A stretch of DNA of 64,000 nucleotides from Eledone cirrhosa. Its lineage: Eukaryota. Below, piece by piece: positions 25,130 through 39,250 of the stretch (the stretch's first letter is position 1; each line of letters begins with the position of its first letter). The position numbers were made by a program, and so were the translations under genes. Under the pieces are notes generated by a model, which saw nothing but the letters and a program-made list of their open reading frames with translations, was not told the DNA's origin and did not search any database. The stretch lies in NCBI GenBank assembly GCA_964016885.1, contig OZ024752.1, positions 33,480,001 through 33,544,000 of the forward strand, read 5' to 3'.

Positions 25130-25145
25130 TGTATATATATATATA

Positions 25146-25176
<31 letters not shown>

Positions 25177-25439
25177 TAAATATATATATGTATATATATA
25201 TATATGTATATATATATGTATATATATATAAATATATATATGTATATATATATAAATATATATATGTATATATATATAAATATATATATGTATATATATA
25301 TAAATATATATATGTATATATATATAAATATATATATGTATATATATATAAATATATATATGTATATATATATAAATATATATATGTATATATATATATA
25401 AATATATATATGTATATATATATATAAATATATATATGT

Positions 25440-25506
<67 letters not shown>

Positions 25507-25699
25507 TATATATGTATATATATATAAATATATATATGTATATATATATAAATATATATATGTATATATATATAAATATATATATGTATATATATATAAA
25601 TATATATATGTATATATATATAAATATATATATGTATATATATATAAATATATATATGTATATATATATATGTATATATATATATAAATATATATATGT

Positions 25700-25772
<73 letters not shown>

Positions 25773-25968
25773 TATATATGTATATATATATAAATATATA
25801 TATGTATATATATATAAATATATATATGTATATATATATAAATATATATATGTATATGTATATAAATATATATATGTATATATATATATAAATATATATA
25901 TGTATATATATATATAAATATATATATGTATATATATATATAAATATATATATATAAATATATATATG

Positions 25969-26002
<34 letters not shown>

Positions 26003-26118
26003 AATATATATATGTATATATATATATAAATATATATATGTATATATATATATAAATATATATATGTATATATATATATAAATATATATATGTATATATA
26101 TATATAAATATATATATG

Positions 26119-26152
<34 letters not shown>

Positions 26153-26397
26153 AATATATATATGTATATATATATATAAATATATATATGTATATATATA
26201 TATAAATATATATATGTATATATATATATAAATATATATATGTATATATATATATAAATATATATATGTATATATATATATAAATATATATATGTATATA
26301 TATATAAATATATATATGTATATATATATAAATATCAGTTATAAATATTTACTAGTTGTAACCCAACAATTTTAAATATAACTTTACATGTATATAA

Positions 26398-26430
<33 letters not shown>

Positions 26431-26530
26431 AATATATATATGTATATATATATATAAATATATATATGTATATATATATATGTATATATATATAAATATA
26501 TATATGTATATATATATAAATATATATATG

Positions 26531-26588
<58 letters not shown>

Positions 26589-26773
26589 AATATATTATAT
26601 GTATATATATATAAATATATATATGTATATATATATAAATATATATATGTATATATATATATATATGTATATATATATAAATATATATATGTATATATAT
26701 ATAAATATATGTATATATATATAAATATATGTATATATATATAAACATATATATGTATATATATATAAACATA

Positions 26774-26818
<45 letters not shown>

Positions 26819-27293
26819 ATATATATAAATATATATATGTATATATATATAAATATATATATGTATATATATATAAATATATATATGTATATATATATAA
26901 ATATATATATGTATATATATATAAATATATATATATATGTATATATATATAAATATATATATGTATATATATATAAATATATATATGTATATATATATAA
27001 ATATATATATGTATATATATATATATATATATACATATATATACATATATATAAATATATATATGTATATATATATATAAATATATATGTATATATATAT
27101 GTATATATATGTATATATACATATATATATGTATATATATATATATATATATATACATATTTATATATATATACATATATATATGTATATATATATACAT
27201 ATTTATATATATATACATATATATATTTATATATATATACATATATATATGTATATATATATACATATATATATGTATATATATATACATATT

Positions 27294-27325
<32 letters not shown>

Positions 27326-27433
27326 CATATTTATATATATATACATATATATATGTATATATATATACATATTTATATATATATACATATACATATTTAT
27401 ATACATATACATATTTATATATATATACATATA

Positions 27434-27472
<39 letters not shown>

Positions 27473-27611
27473 TTATATATATATATATATACATATTTAT
27501 ATATATATATATATACATATTTATATATATATATATATACATATTTATATATATATACATATTTATATATATATATATATACATATTTATATATATATAC
27601 ATATATATATT

Positions 27612-27659
<48 letters not shown>

Positions 27660-27671
27660 CATATATATATT

Positions 27672-27707
<36 letters not shown>

Positions 27708-27719
27708 CATATATATATT

Positions 27720-27793
<74 letters not shown>

Positions 27794-28066
27794 CATATAT
27801 ATATTTATATATATATACATATATATATTTATATATATATACATATATATATTTATATATATATACATATATATATATTTATATATATATACATATATAT
27901 ATATTTATATATATATACATATATATATTTATATATATATACATATATATATTTATATATATATACATATATATATATTTATATATATATACATATATAT
28001 ATATTTATATATATATACATATATATATTTATATATATATACATATATATATATTTATATATATAT
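25130..28066. repeat. About 2.9-kb (TA)n-based compound microsatellite with a 22-26 bp higher-order unit
   Basis: tatatataaatatatatatgta repeats, switching to the reverse-complement pattern after about 27100. Confidence 0.95.
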
Positions 28067-28094
28067 AGATAGATATCCTTGTTCTTGTGATCAA

Positions 28095-28166
28095 TTAAAT
28101 TTTATACATATTTCAGAGGTACTTGAATCAGGGTCAACAGTACGTCCTCATCAGATAAAATAAATA
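28095..28166 (-). ncRNA. Hammerhead-like motif, same type as 7334
   Basis: Minus strand ttttat-CTGATGA-ggacgtac..gtacctct-GAAA-tat-GTA-taaaat. Confidence 0.5.
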
Positions 28167-28306
28167 TATGTATATATGTAGGAGGTGAGTTTTGTTGCAG
28201 CACAATATCATCCCATGATGATATTTGTTTTTGAAATGCGCATAATAAAATACATGGAACTCTTTTAACCATCTTTTGATTTTATATATATATATATATA
28301 TTCATT

Positions 28307-28357
<51 letters not shown>

Positions 28358-28791
28358 GTAGATTTAAATCAGTATACTCGTTCATAAACATACACACGCT
28401 CACACTCCACCACTTACACCATGCCTTACATCACACCACACCAGTGTATAAATTATATATGTATATAAATATATATATGTGTGTGTGTGTGTGTGTGTAA
28501 TGAAAAAGGAAACAGTGTTCAATCTGGTTTGAGAGCTGATATATTATATTATTTATTTATCTTATATGAACATTATATATATATATACATACATACACTC
28601 CTGATTTGTATATTGCGTATGGTTGTATATATTTGTATAGTCATCACGCACCAAAGTTTGAGGAAGCTATAATATGCTTACGAATTAATTGTAAAGAGCC
28701 ACCGATCAAAATACTGTATACTTATTACCTCGAAAAGAAAACAATTTAGGCAAACAGAATCCTTGAAAACAGGACAAAAACACATCGTAAT

Positions 28792-28834
<43 letters not shown>

Positions 28835-28865
28835 GCCATTCACACATACTCCACTGTATGTAAAT

Positions 28866-28980
28866 ATATAAATCAGGATGGATTCAGTTTGGTTAGACAT
28901 TTACCCAACAGAGTACTCGATTCTTGGGGTAGCAGAGTATTGGTATATTATTAAGAGTCGGGCCCCGACTCTTTATTATA
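28866..28980 (-). mobile_element. Short (TA)n-embedded element with fold-back head (diverged subfamily)
   Basis: Palindrome aagagtcggg-c-cccgactctt (28953-28973). Minus-strand body ctctgctaccccaagaatcgagtactctg. Confidence 0.72.
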
Positions 28981-29035
<55 letters not shown>

Positions 29036-29261
29036 TGAAATAGTACAAGAAGTGAAATAGTGCAATGATAAATTAGGTTATTGAGAGGTGGGCATGTATC
29101 TTATGTAAGGTTTCATATCTTGATTTTGTTTTGCGATATTTCTGTCGAAAAGTAGCGCATCTCTCTCTCTTACTCACTGTGTACCTCCATACGAGAACGG
29201 ATTAATACACGCACACGCACACACACGCACACGCACACACACACACACGCACACACACGCG

Positions 29262-29292
<31 letters not shown>

Positions 29293-29298
29293 ATATAT

Positions 29299-29337
<39 letters not shown>

Positions 29338-29481
29338 CGTGTGTGTGTGTGTATTTATACAGTGGGAGCCGCTTATTATGATCACTTCGGGACAGACCGA
29401 AGCCCCTTTAGATAACAATAGTTGTTTTGATTTTCATTAACATTAAGTAGATGATTTTAAATATGCCCTGAGCGTGTTTGG

Positions 29482-29560
<79 letters not shown>

Positions 29561-29638
29561 TATATATCCTAGAAACGATCGTTAAATAATGAACTTTTTT
29601 TGTTTAATATAAGAAATTGTTTATTCATTATTTGTTTA

Positions 29639-29675
<37 letters not shown>

Positions 29676-30151
29676 GTACATACACACATATGTGCCTTTC
29701 TCACTCTCTCTCAATATATAATGATGTGTGTGTACATCTCTCTCTCTTTCTATATATATATATATATATATATATATGTAAAGAGAGAAAGAAAGAGATG
29801 ATGTATACACATATATAAACGCTTAGCTCTCCATCTATATAAACGCTTAGCTCTCCATCTCCCTCACATCATACAAACTAATTTTCCTGATCAGTAATTA
29901 GTTTAAGTTGTCAATTATTACTTTGTTCTATATATATTTTTTATATATATATATATATGGTGTTTTGTTTTTATTATTATTTACACCAGTTTCGTCTTTT
30001 CCTCCGTTATTATGTTTTAATGTCATTAAATTTGCTCTTGAAATAAAGTGGTAGCAAAAAAACTAGAGGAGAGAGATAAAGTAGCTAGCTAAATATTTCT
30101 TTAATCGTCACGCACTCATATATAGACACATACACACACACACACACACAT

Positions 30152-30204
<53 letters not shown>

Positions 30205-30332
30205 TAGAGAAGATAGATAGATCTACACACACACACACACACACACACAGATATGCGTGTGTAATTATTACAAGCACCTTACTACTCCAAGTTGGTCGCC
30301 TGATGTTTACGAATTTATTTATAGTTTACTGT

Positions 30333-30367
<35 letters not shown>

Positions 30368-30369
<2 letters not shown>

Positions 30370-30740
30370 ATTGTTTCTACTTTTGGCACAAGGCCAGCTA
30401 TTACCCAGTGCATTACTGGTACTTTATTTTATCGACCCCGCAAGGATGAAAGGCAAAGTTAACCTCGGCGGGATTTGAACTCAGAATGGCAAGGGCCGTA
30501 ACTCTATGCGTCAAAGCATGGCGTCCGACCCTCTACACACATATATATAATTGTTTCTACGTTAGGCACAAGGCCAGCAATAACCCAGTGCATTACTGGT
30601 ACTTTATTTTATCGACCCCGCAAGGATGAAAGGCAAAGTTAACCTCGGCGGGATTTGAACTCAGAATGGCAAGGGCTGTAACTCTATGCGTCAAAGCATG
30701 GCATCCGACCCTCTACCAATACTGCCAATCCACCGCCCTA
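30368..30740 (-). mobile_element. Two tandem, nearly identical SINE copies (180-bp period)
   Basis: Sequence at 30361-30540 is repeated at 30541-30720. Confidence 0.92.
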
Positions 30741-30939
30741 CAGACACACACATATATATATATAATGGGGACCAACCCTTTTTTTAAATGTTAAACTGAA
30801 AATACGACAGTTTTTTTTTTATAACTCTCTTGTTTTCCTTTTAAATGGTATTTTTCACGTTTTCTTATGGGTCCTCTTCAGTTTTGTTTGGAACTCGTTT
30901 TTCGTCAGTATTAATGCTCTCTCTCTCTATATGCACACT

Positions 30940-31082
<143 letters not shown>

Positions 31083-31083
31083 A

Positions 31084-31156
31084 CAGGCTATCCCCAAAAT
31101 GTATACACACTTCAACAAGATTCTAATCAGTGTGTATACATTTTTGGGATACCCTG
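31084..31156. mobile_element. Tc1/mariner-type MITE (family of 11185/11740)
   Basis: caggctatccccaaaatgtatacacac / gtgtgtatacatttttgggataccctg-TA. Confidence 0.75.
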
Positions 31157-31869
31157 TATATATATATTTATATGTATGTGTATACCTGTTCTATATATTA
31201 CATTATATAATTATTTTGTTTTTCATTAGCTCTGGAATAGGTGTTTTTTAAAAATCTTTAAATCTTACTTCCATTGAGCTTTTACAGAACAACGAAATCG
31301 ACATGTTATTTCTCTCTCTCTCTCTCTCTCTGTGTGAGTATATATATGTATATATAAAGGCTGAAATGCTACTATAACTGGTGGTAGGGTTGTTTCATGT
31401 TATGTTTATTCGTGTCATGCTTAAAATTTGCTCCAATTAAATTATTTATGGCGTGGAAGCATGTTTACTCGTTAAAAAAAACAAAAAAACAAAGTCTAGT
31501 TATAAATCAACAACGGTTCTTTGATCGTTTCTTTCTCGACTCCCTTTAATTTATAGGATTCCCTCATATTAGTATTCACATGTTGCACCCAGCGCATTCA
31601 TCTAACCATTCTCGTGCACTGAATTAAATATTTTAATTCCACACGTCAATTAAAACACTGCACATACAAACACACGTATACAGGTGCGTGCCTGTGTTGT
31701 TTGTGTGTGCTAGATACATAAATGTGTGTGTGTGTGTGTTTAGGAAGTGGATCATATTTGGTCGATGTATGTGTGTATATTAAATCTGTATTGAGTAAAC
31801 AACCTTTTTACTCTCCAACTGTTATTTATCTTGGTGTTTAAACATGCGAATGAATACATACACACGCAC

Positions 31870-31935
<66 letters not shown>

Positions 31936-32103
31936 GTTGGGCTTATCTTTAAGCTAAATAAGCTATAGCTTAGGGCCACGTACCCATGGGATGGGGAGTC
32001 ATTAAAAAAAATTTTTTTTTTTATCATTAGTTTTTATTCTGTAACTCTAAATTATATATATGTGTGTGTAGGTGTGTATGTATATATATATATATATATA
32101 TAT

Positions 32104-32501
32104 ATAGGAAAAAGTATGATCCCGACGGCAGAGCTCAAGCCGTTTCGACGGCTATTTCTAGACTGGATACAGATTTAATGTACACACATACATCGACCAA
32201 ATATGATCCACTTCCTAAACACACACACACACACACATTTATGTATCTAGCACACACAAACACAACACAGACACGCACCTGTATACGTGTGTTTGTATGT
32301 GCAGTGTTTTAATATACGTGTGGAATTAAAATATTTAATTCAGTGCACGAGAATGGTTAGATGAGTCCAGAAATAGCCGTCGAAACGGCTTGAGCTCTGC
32401 CGTCGGGGTCATACTTTTTCCTATTTCTCACTCTACTACCCTAAGTATTGAGTACTCTGGTGCGTTATGGTCCATCTGGTTCCTTACCACAATTCCTTTG
32501 T

Positions 32502-32503
<2 letters not shown>
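32104..32503 (+). mobile_element. (TA)n-embedded element with about 60-bp inverted arms enclosing an inverted copy of 31598-31791
   Basis: Arms at 32104-32164 and 32364-32424, insert at 32167-32364, family body at 32425-32503. Confidence 0.85.
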
Positions 32504-32577
<74 letters not shown>

Positions 32578-32579
<2 letters not shown>

Positions 32580-32697
32580 AGGCGCGTGGCTGAGTGGTAA
32601 GAGAATTGGATTCGCAATCGTGAGGTTGTGAGTTCGATCCCGCACCGGATGATGCGTTATGTCCTTGAGCAAGACACTTTATTTCACGTTGCTCCTT
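32578..32697 (+). mobile_element. CORE-like SINE head fragment
   Basis: tggctgagtgg A box, gttcgatccc B box, tgtccttgagcaagacacttt. Confidence 0.85.
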
Positions 32698-32805
32698 CTA
32701 GCTGGAGTTGCGACCGATAGAGAGTATTAGCAATTAGAAAGACCCATGGAAACATTGTTTCCTCGGTCCGATTTGACGAAAGTCGATCGACTGACGATAT
32801 ATATA

Positions 32806-32850
<45 letters not shown>

Positions 32851-32986
32851 GTATAGGATTATCCAAGATGTAGTAATGGTTAATTACTACACTGGATATG
32901 GTTGACGTACGGTGAGAGGTTACTCTACGAGTTATGGAAGAATTGTTGAAGAAACTTAGTTCCTGATCCTTCTGTATTCCGGAGTG

Positions 32987-33323
32987 TATATAAAGAATGA
33001 ATAATAACAGGTAGACATCATAAAAAGGTAATTTATTCCGTGTGCTTACAAGTGTTTCCACGGTGGTACTACAGCCTAGTTATGCTATGTGCAAATTCAC
33101 AAGTACTTGCAGAACTCAAATATCCAATGCTGTGACCACTGTTTCCTCAGAGCATTGGATATTTGAGTGGTCACAGCATTGGATATTTGAGTGAGTTCTG
33201 CAAGTACTTGTGAATTTGCACATAGCATAACTAGGCTGTAGTACCACCGTGGAAACACTTGTAAGCACACGGAATAAATTACCTTTTTATGATGTCTACC
33301 TGTTATTATTCATTCTTTATATA
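32987..33323. repeat. Long inverted repeat (about 132-bp arms) with a rearranged centre
   Basis: 32987-33118 is the reverse complement of 33192-33323. Confidence 0.95.
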
Positions 33324-33732
33324 TATATATATAGTATGTATTAATTGCTGATGGTTATACTATATATATATAGTATGTATTAATTGCTAACGGCCCAAAT
33401 TCCAAAATATTTACCAAATTTTTTGTATATGTTTTTAATTCCTCAGATTAAAAAAAACAAACAAAAAAACTCACTAATTTTCGTCTAAATTTCTGTGAAG
33501 ACTTTATGGAATCTTCATTTCAGTTTAGTATTGTTTGTTTTGTTTGAAGTAGTTGTAAATCTTTCTGTAAAACTACGACGAGATGATGGATCTCAGATAA
33601 TTGTGTCTACTGTTTGGCACAAGGCCAGCAATTATCTCAGTGCATTACTGGTACTTTATTTTATCGACCCCCGTTCGGATGAAAGGCAGATGATGTTTGA
33701 TATGTTTGAAGACAGCAGCATGTCCTGTGGAT

Positions 33733-34522
33733 TGGTTGTTGTTGTTGTTGTTATTGTTGTTGTTACTGCTACTGCCACTGTTGTTACTGGTGCTGCTGCT
33801 GCTACTACTACTACTGTTGCTGCAGCTGCTGCTACTACTACTCGTAGTAGTAGTAGTAGTAGTAGCTGCAGCAACAGTAGTAGTAGTAGCTGCAGCAACA
33901 GTAGTGGTAGTAGCTGCAGCAACAGTAGTAGTAGTAGCTGCAGCAACAGTAGTAGTAGTAGCTGCAGCAACAGTAGTAGTAGTAGCTGCAGCAACAGTAG
34001 TGGTAGTAGCTGCAGCAACAGTAGTGGTAGTAGCTGCAGCAACAGTAGTGGTAGTAGCTGCAGCAACAGCAGTGGTAGCAGTAGTAGTAGCAGCAGCAGC
34101 AGTAGTAGTAGCAGCAGCACCAGCAGCAGTAGTAGTAGTAGCTGCAGCAACAGCAGTGGTAGCAGTAGCAGTAGTAGCTGCAGCAACAGCAGTGGTAGCA
34201 GTAGTAGTAGTAGCAGCAGCACCAGCAGCAGCAGTAGCTGCAGCAACAGCAGTGGTAGCAGTAGTAGCTGCAGCAACAGCAGTGGTAGCAGTAGTAGCTG
34301 CAGCAACAGCAGTGGTAGCAGTAGTAGTAGTAGCTGCCACAACAACAACAACAACAGCAGCAGCAGCAGTAGTAGTAGTAGTACCAGCAGTAGTAGTAGT
34401 AGCTGCAGCAACAACAGCAGCAGCAGTAGTAGTAGTAGTAGCACCAGCACCAGCAGCAGCAGTAGTAGTAGTAGCTGCAACAACAACAACAGCAACAACA
34501 GCAGCAGCATCAGTAGTAGTAA
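33733..34522. repeat. Compound trinucleotide repeat (GTT/GCT/GTA/GCA/ACA) with a 24-bp higher-order unit
   Basis: gtagtagtagctgcagcaacagta repeats. This is the source of the poly-S/L/A/T pseudo-ORFs. Confidence 0.95.
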
Positions 34523-34859
34523 TAGCCTAAACGACAACCACTTTGTAGTATTATATCTTTTATCTCTGTTACTAGGTTTAGGTAAATAACCTGACTGTAT
34601 AAAAGTAAATGATTGTTCACCAGGTGAGGGCTGTAGTAGTGTTATGCCAGAGTGTATATAACCCATCTACATCATATATATATATTGGTGTATATATATA
34701 TATACATGTTGGTACGGTCAACCTCTCATTGATTTTATCTCTCTCTTTATAATTATCACATTCTCTTTGGTCGTCGTCTTTTTTTTCTTCATCTTCATCT
34801 TCATCGTCTTCGTATTCAGCCTCCTTCTTCGTCGATGTATTTAGTTTTCTTCTCCTTAA

Positions 34860-35570
34860 TAATGATTTTTTTCTGATTGAGGCACAACAAGGCCAACAAT
34901 TTCGGGGGAGGAGAAAGTCGATTAAATCTACCCCAGTGCGTTACTGGTACTTCTTTATTTTATCAACCCCCGTAAGGATGAAAAGCAGAGTTAACTTTGG
35001 CAGGATTTGAACTCAGAACAGTAATAATTTCTTTATTGGGCTTCACCATTGTTATTTTTATTATTATCATCATCCGCCGAGGTTAGCTTTGCCTTTCATC
35101 CTAATGGGGTCGATTAAATAAAGTACCAGTCACAGACTGGGGTCGATTTAATCGACTTGTGCCCTAAACCAGAAACCATTATTGGACAACACGGACAACA
35201 TTCCCCGAAAAACAACAAACGAAACAAACAAAAAAGAGAGAGAGCGAGATTGGCAATATCGGTAGAGGGTCGGACGTCATGCTTTGCAGCAAAGAGTTAC
35301 TTCCCTTTACGGACTGAGTTCAAATCCCGCCGAGGTTAACTTTGCCTTTCATCCTTACGGGGGTCGACGAAACAAAGTACCAGTAATGCACTGGGTAATT
35401 GCTGGCCTTGTGCCAAAAGTAGAAACAATTATTATTATTATTATTATTAGTTCAAATCCTGCTGAGGTTAGCTTTGCTTTTCATCCTTATAGGCTCGATT
35501 AAATAAAGTACCAGTAATGGACGCACTTCCTCTCCCCCAAAATTGCTGGCCTTGTCCCTAAATCAAAAAT
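34860..35570. mobile_element. SINE cluster: one minus copy (34860-35020) and three plus copies
   Basis: Core ttgcctttcatcct..gat.aaataaagtaccagt is repeated. Confidence 0.85.
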
Positions 35571-36315
35571 CATTTATTGATATTATTTCCAGCCTACTTT
35601 GTTTATTTGTATAGAATTGAATTTGTGTTGGTTTATATTGCATGGCGATATTTGCATTTTTTGTTATCGTTCTGTCAATGAAATTATTATGGTAGTTACT
35701 AATCGTTTTAGGTTGAGTTCAGCTTTCCATTTGTTGACGTTAATAAACATTAAAAATGTATAAATATACTGGACTAGAATCACTCGAATGCGCGGGCTCC
35801 TTCCTTCCCCCCTTGGTCCCCAAAAATTGGAAAGAAAGAAAAAACGGCTTTCCACCTAGTTATAACACCATAAATCAGTTTTTTAAAAACAAACGAAAGC
35901 TTCGTTTTTTTTGTATATTTAATTAACATTAATTTTAAATAAAATTTCTCGTAAAAATAATTAATTACCTCCGCGTCGATTAAGAGATTTTTATATCTCG
36001 TCTAAAGAGGAATTTATACACCATTTCGTCATAAGAGTTCAAAAACTGGAACACCGTTCATTATATATTCCAACATTATTTAAAACAATTGAAAAAAAAA
36101 TATACAAAAAACAAAACAAAACAAAGAATTGAAACCTTGCTGGAATTTGTAATTGGTTGATGGTAATGTTAGAAATTGTAAATATTCTAATTCCATTTGT
36201 ACCATTTTAATAAATGCCTAATTCCTCCCTTTTTTCCCCTCTCTCTCTCCATCTCTTTCCCTCTCCATCTCTCTCTCCCTCTCCACCTCTCTCTCCATCT
36301 CTCTCTCCCTCTCCA

Positions 36316-36385
<70 letters not shown>

Positions 36386-36751
36386 CTTTATCTTTCTCTT
36401 GATCATTATAACCATCATTTATTGAAGGTTTGTCCTCCCACCCTCTTTTTCCTTTATTATTTTCTGTTATGGTAGAAATAAATTTCTTCTTGCTCCTACT
36501 CCCCATCAAGTCCCAAATTCTAAAGAGAATGAGAGAGAGAGAGAAAGAGAGAGATATGTGGTGGTGTATATTATTGTAAACATCTCCTCCCATCAACCTA
36601 CATATTTTAAACATTTTAATTATATATGCTTACATACATGCATGCAAACACACATGCACCAAAATTAGTGATTTCCAGGGGTTGACTGAGATGGGATTGT
36701 GTATTTGTCCTGTGCGCCCTTCCCCTATTTTGAATATATATATATATATAT

Positions 36752-37098
36752 ATCATCATCATCATCATCATCATCATTTTACGTCCACTTTTCCCTGCTT
36801 GCAAGGGTGGGACGGGAACTGATTCTGGCTTGATTTCTACAGCTGGATGCCCTTCCTAACACCAACCTCATTTACAGTGAGTGCTGGGTGCTTTTTTTCC
36901 GTGGCACCTCCACGACCACTTTGCAGTGGAATGATAGGGACCCCAGTCCCTATCATCTCATTTGTACAGCTGAGTAAACTGGAGCAATGTGAAATAAAGT
37001 GTCTTGCTCAAGGAAACAACACATCACCCGGTCTGAGAATTGAACTCACAACCTTTCAATTGTAAGGCCAATGCTCTAACCATTAAGCCATGTGCCTC
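36752..37098 (-). mobile_element. Full-length CORE-like SINE with RTE tail
   Basis: Reverse complement of 1014-1356, with a (CAT)n tail. Confidence 0.92.
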
Positions 37099-37179
37099 CA
37101 TAATATATATTTATTAAAATATCAGATTAAAGTTTAAGCAAAGAATCGGTGCTTTCACCCTTAACAGGATCTTCTGAAA

Positions 37180-37271
<92 letters not shown>

Positions 37272-37274
<3 letters not shown>

Positions 37275-38865
37275 CAGATAAGGCGGCTGGGCCTTCGGAA
37301 ATAGTTGCTGAGATGCTGAAAGCCTCTGGAACGATGGGACACACCATGGTCACCCGGATAGTAAACCAAGTCATACAGAATGGGGTTGTTCGAAGGACTG
37401 GCGTAGCAGCATCATCATTAACTGCTACAAGGGTAAAGGAGATGCCCTAGATAGAAGTAACTATAGAGGCATTAAATTAATCGACCAGGTCATGAAGGTC
37501 ACGGAAAAAGTAATAGCGCAACTAATCAGAGAGAGAATTGATCTAGATGAAATGCAGTTCGGGTTTGTGTCAGGAAAAAGTACCACAGACGCTCTTTTCA
37601 TTGTATGACAACTACAGGAGAAGTACCTAGCTAAAAGTAAACCCCTATACTTAGCTTTTGTCGACTTGGAGAAAGCCTTCGACAGAGTCCCCCGTTCCAT
37701 TATCTGGTGGGCTCTTAGAAAACTAGGTGTTGATGAATGGCTTGTGAGAGCTATACAAACCATGTATAAAGAAACAGTCAGCAAGGTTAGAATTAACAAC
37801 GAATATAGTGAAGTTTAGCGTAAAAGTTGGTGTTCATCAGGGCTCTGTTCTTAGCCCCCTACTATTTATTATTGCCCTTCAGGCTATAACAGTGGAGTTC
37901 AAGACCGGCTGCCCATGGGAACTCCTATACGCAGATGATCAATGGCCGAACTAGAGAAGAAATTCCAAATATGGAAGCATGGCCTAGAATCAAAAGGCTT
38001 TAAAATTAACCTGGCTAAGACTAAAGTTCTAGTTTGTAGGAAGGAAAATAGGGCGCCGGTCCCATCCGGGATATGGCCATGCTCAGTGTGTAGGAAAGGC
38101 GTAGGTAGAAACTCCATTTTATGCCCCAAATGCAAAGTATGGGTGCATAAAAGATGTAGTGGGATCACAGGTAAGCTAACTAAGAACATAGATTTTACAT
38201 GTGGCCGGTGCTCTGGTGCAATAAGTAGCAGTAAGTGCCCCCAAAATACTAGCTCTTTCAATTGCACAGAGGGTTCTATAGAAATAGTGGACAGCTTCCG
38301 TTACCTGGGTGACAAAATTAGCAGTGGTGGAGGGTGCTATGAAAGTACAGTAGCTAGAGTCAGAACTGGATGGAAAACGTTCAGAGAGCTTATACCACTA
38401 TTAGCCGCTAAAGGGTTCTCCCTAAAAATGAAAGGCAGGCTGTATGATGCCTGCATACGAACAGCAATGTTGCATGGCAGTGAGACCTGGGCATTGTGTG
38501 CAGAGGATATACGCAGACTAGAGAGGAACGAAGCTAGCATGCTCCGCTGGATGTGTAATAGTAATGTACGTGAACGGCAAAGCATTAACGAACTAAGGGA
38601 AAAATTAGAAATAAGAGGGATCAGATGTTGTTTAGTCGAGAGAAGGCTACGTTGGTATGGTCACGTGATGCGCATGAAAGACGACAACTGTATAAAAAAG
38701 TGCAGGGCAATAAAAATAGACGGTAGCCACGGAGTAGGCAGACCCAGAAAAACCTGGGACGACTTGATAAATTCCGACCTCACACACTTACACCTCTCCA
38801 AGACAATGTCACTGGACCGAGATCTTTGGCGGTACTCAGTAATAGAGAAGACCCGCCTTACCTAA
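37272..38865 (+). pseudogene. Disrupted RT ORF of RTE family B (intact C-terminal 307 aa at 37942-38865)
   Basis: Frameshifts near 37390 and 37812, stop near 37606, deletion after YADD near 37940. C4HC3 cluster and [10 protein letters not shown] are present. Confidence 0.9.
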
Positions 38866-39250
38866 ATACAAAGTAAAACCTACTACAGTCAGTAGGCACC
38901 TCTAACAAAATACACCCCCGTCCCACTACCCCCACCACATCCACACCGCCCCTTTCAATGTAAAGTTATGTTGGTACCACAACATCCAGGCCGAAACAAA
39001 TGAGGTCGTGTAGGTGTCACGACAAAAAAAAAATGCACAGTCCACGCTGTAATGTGGCCGTGTAGGTAACACGGTAAAAACCTCCCAGTTCCACACTGTA
39101 AATGAGGTTGGTGTTAGGAAGGGTATCCAGCCGTAGAAAACCCGCCAGACAGTCCTATGCGAGCAAGACAACCACTCTTGCCTCAAGTGGGAAAACTCCC
39201 GTCCAAACCCATGCAAGCGTGGAATATGGACGTTAAACGATGATGATGAT
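37272..39250 (+). mobile_element. 5'-truncated RTE LINE, family B, with about 385 bp of 3' non-coding region and (GAT)n tail
   Basis: [46 protein letters not shown] and YADD motifs. Starts directly after a (TA)n tract. Confidence 0.92.

Noticed and set aside
24076-28163. Long Y/I/M/C/H/T-rich ORFs (also 11851-12878 and 42251-43595)
   Set aside because: These are translations of (TA)/(TG) microsatellites that lack stops by composition.
29360-29420. TA-cagtgggagccgcttatt as a pogo/Tigger-like TIR; ccggccctg at 8441-8449 as a hAT-like end
   Set aside because: Only one end is visible in each case, with no matching TIR or TSD.
32578-32652. Possible tRNA gene
   Set aside because: It has A/B boxes but no proper acceptor stem, and it continues into the SINE core.
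33495-34666. Poly-Ser/Leu/Ala/Thr ORFs with an apparent signal peptide
   Set aside because: A trinucleotide repeat is open in several frames on both strands, and the N-terminal part runs through an antisense SINE fragment.
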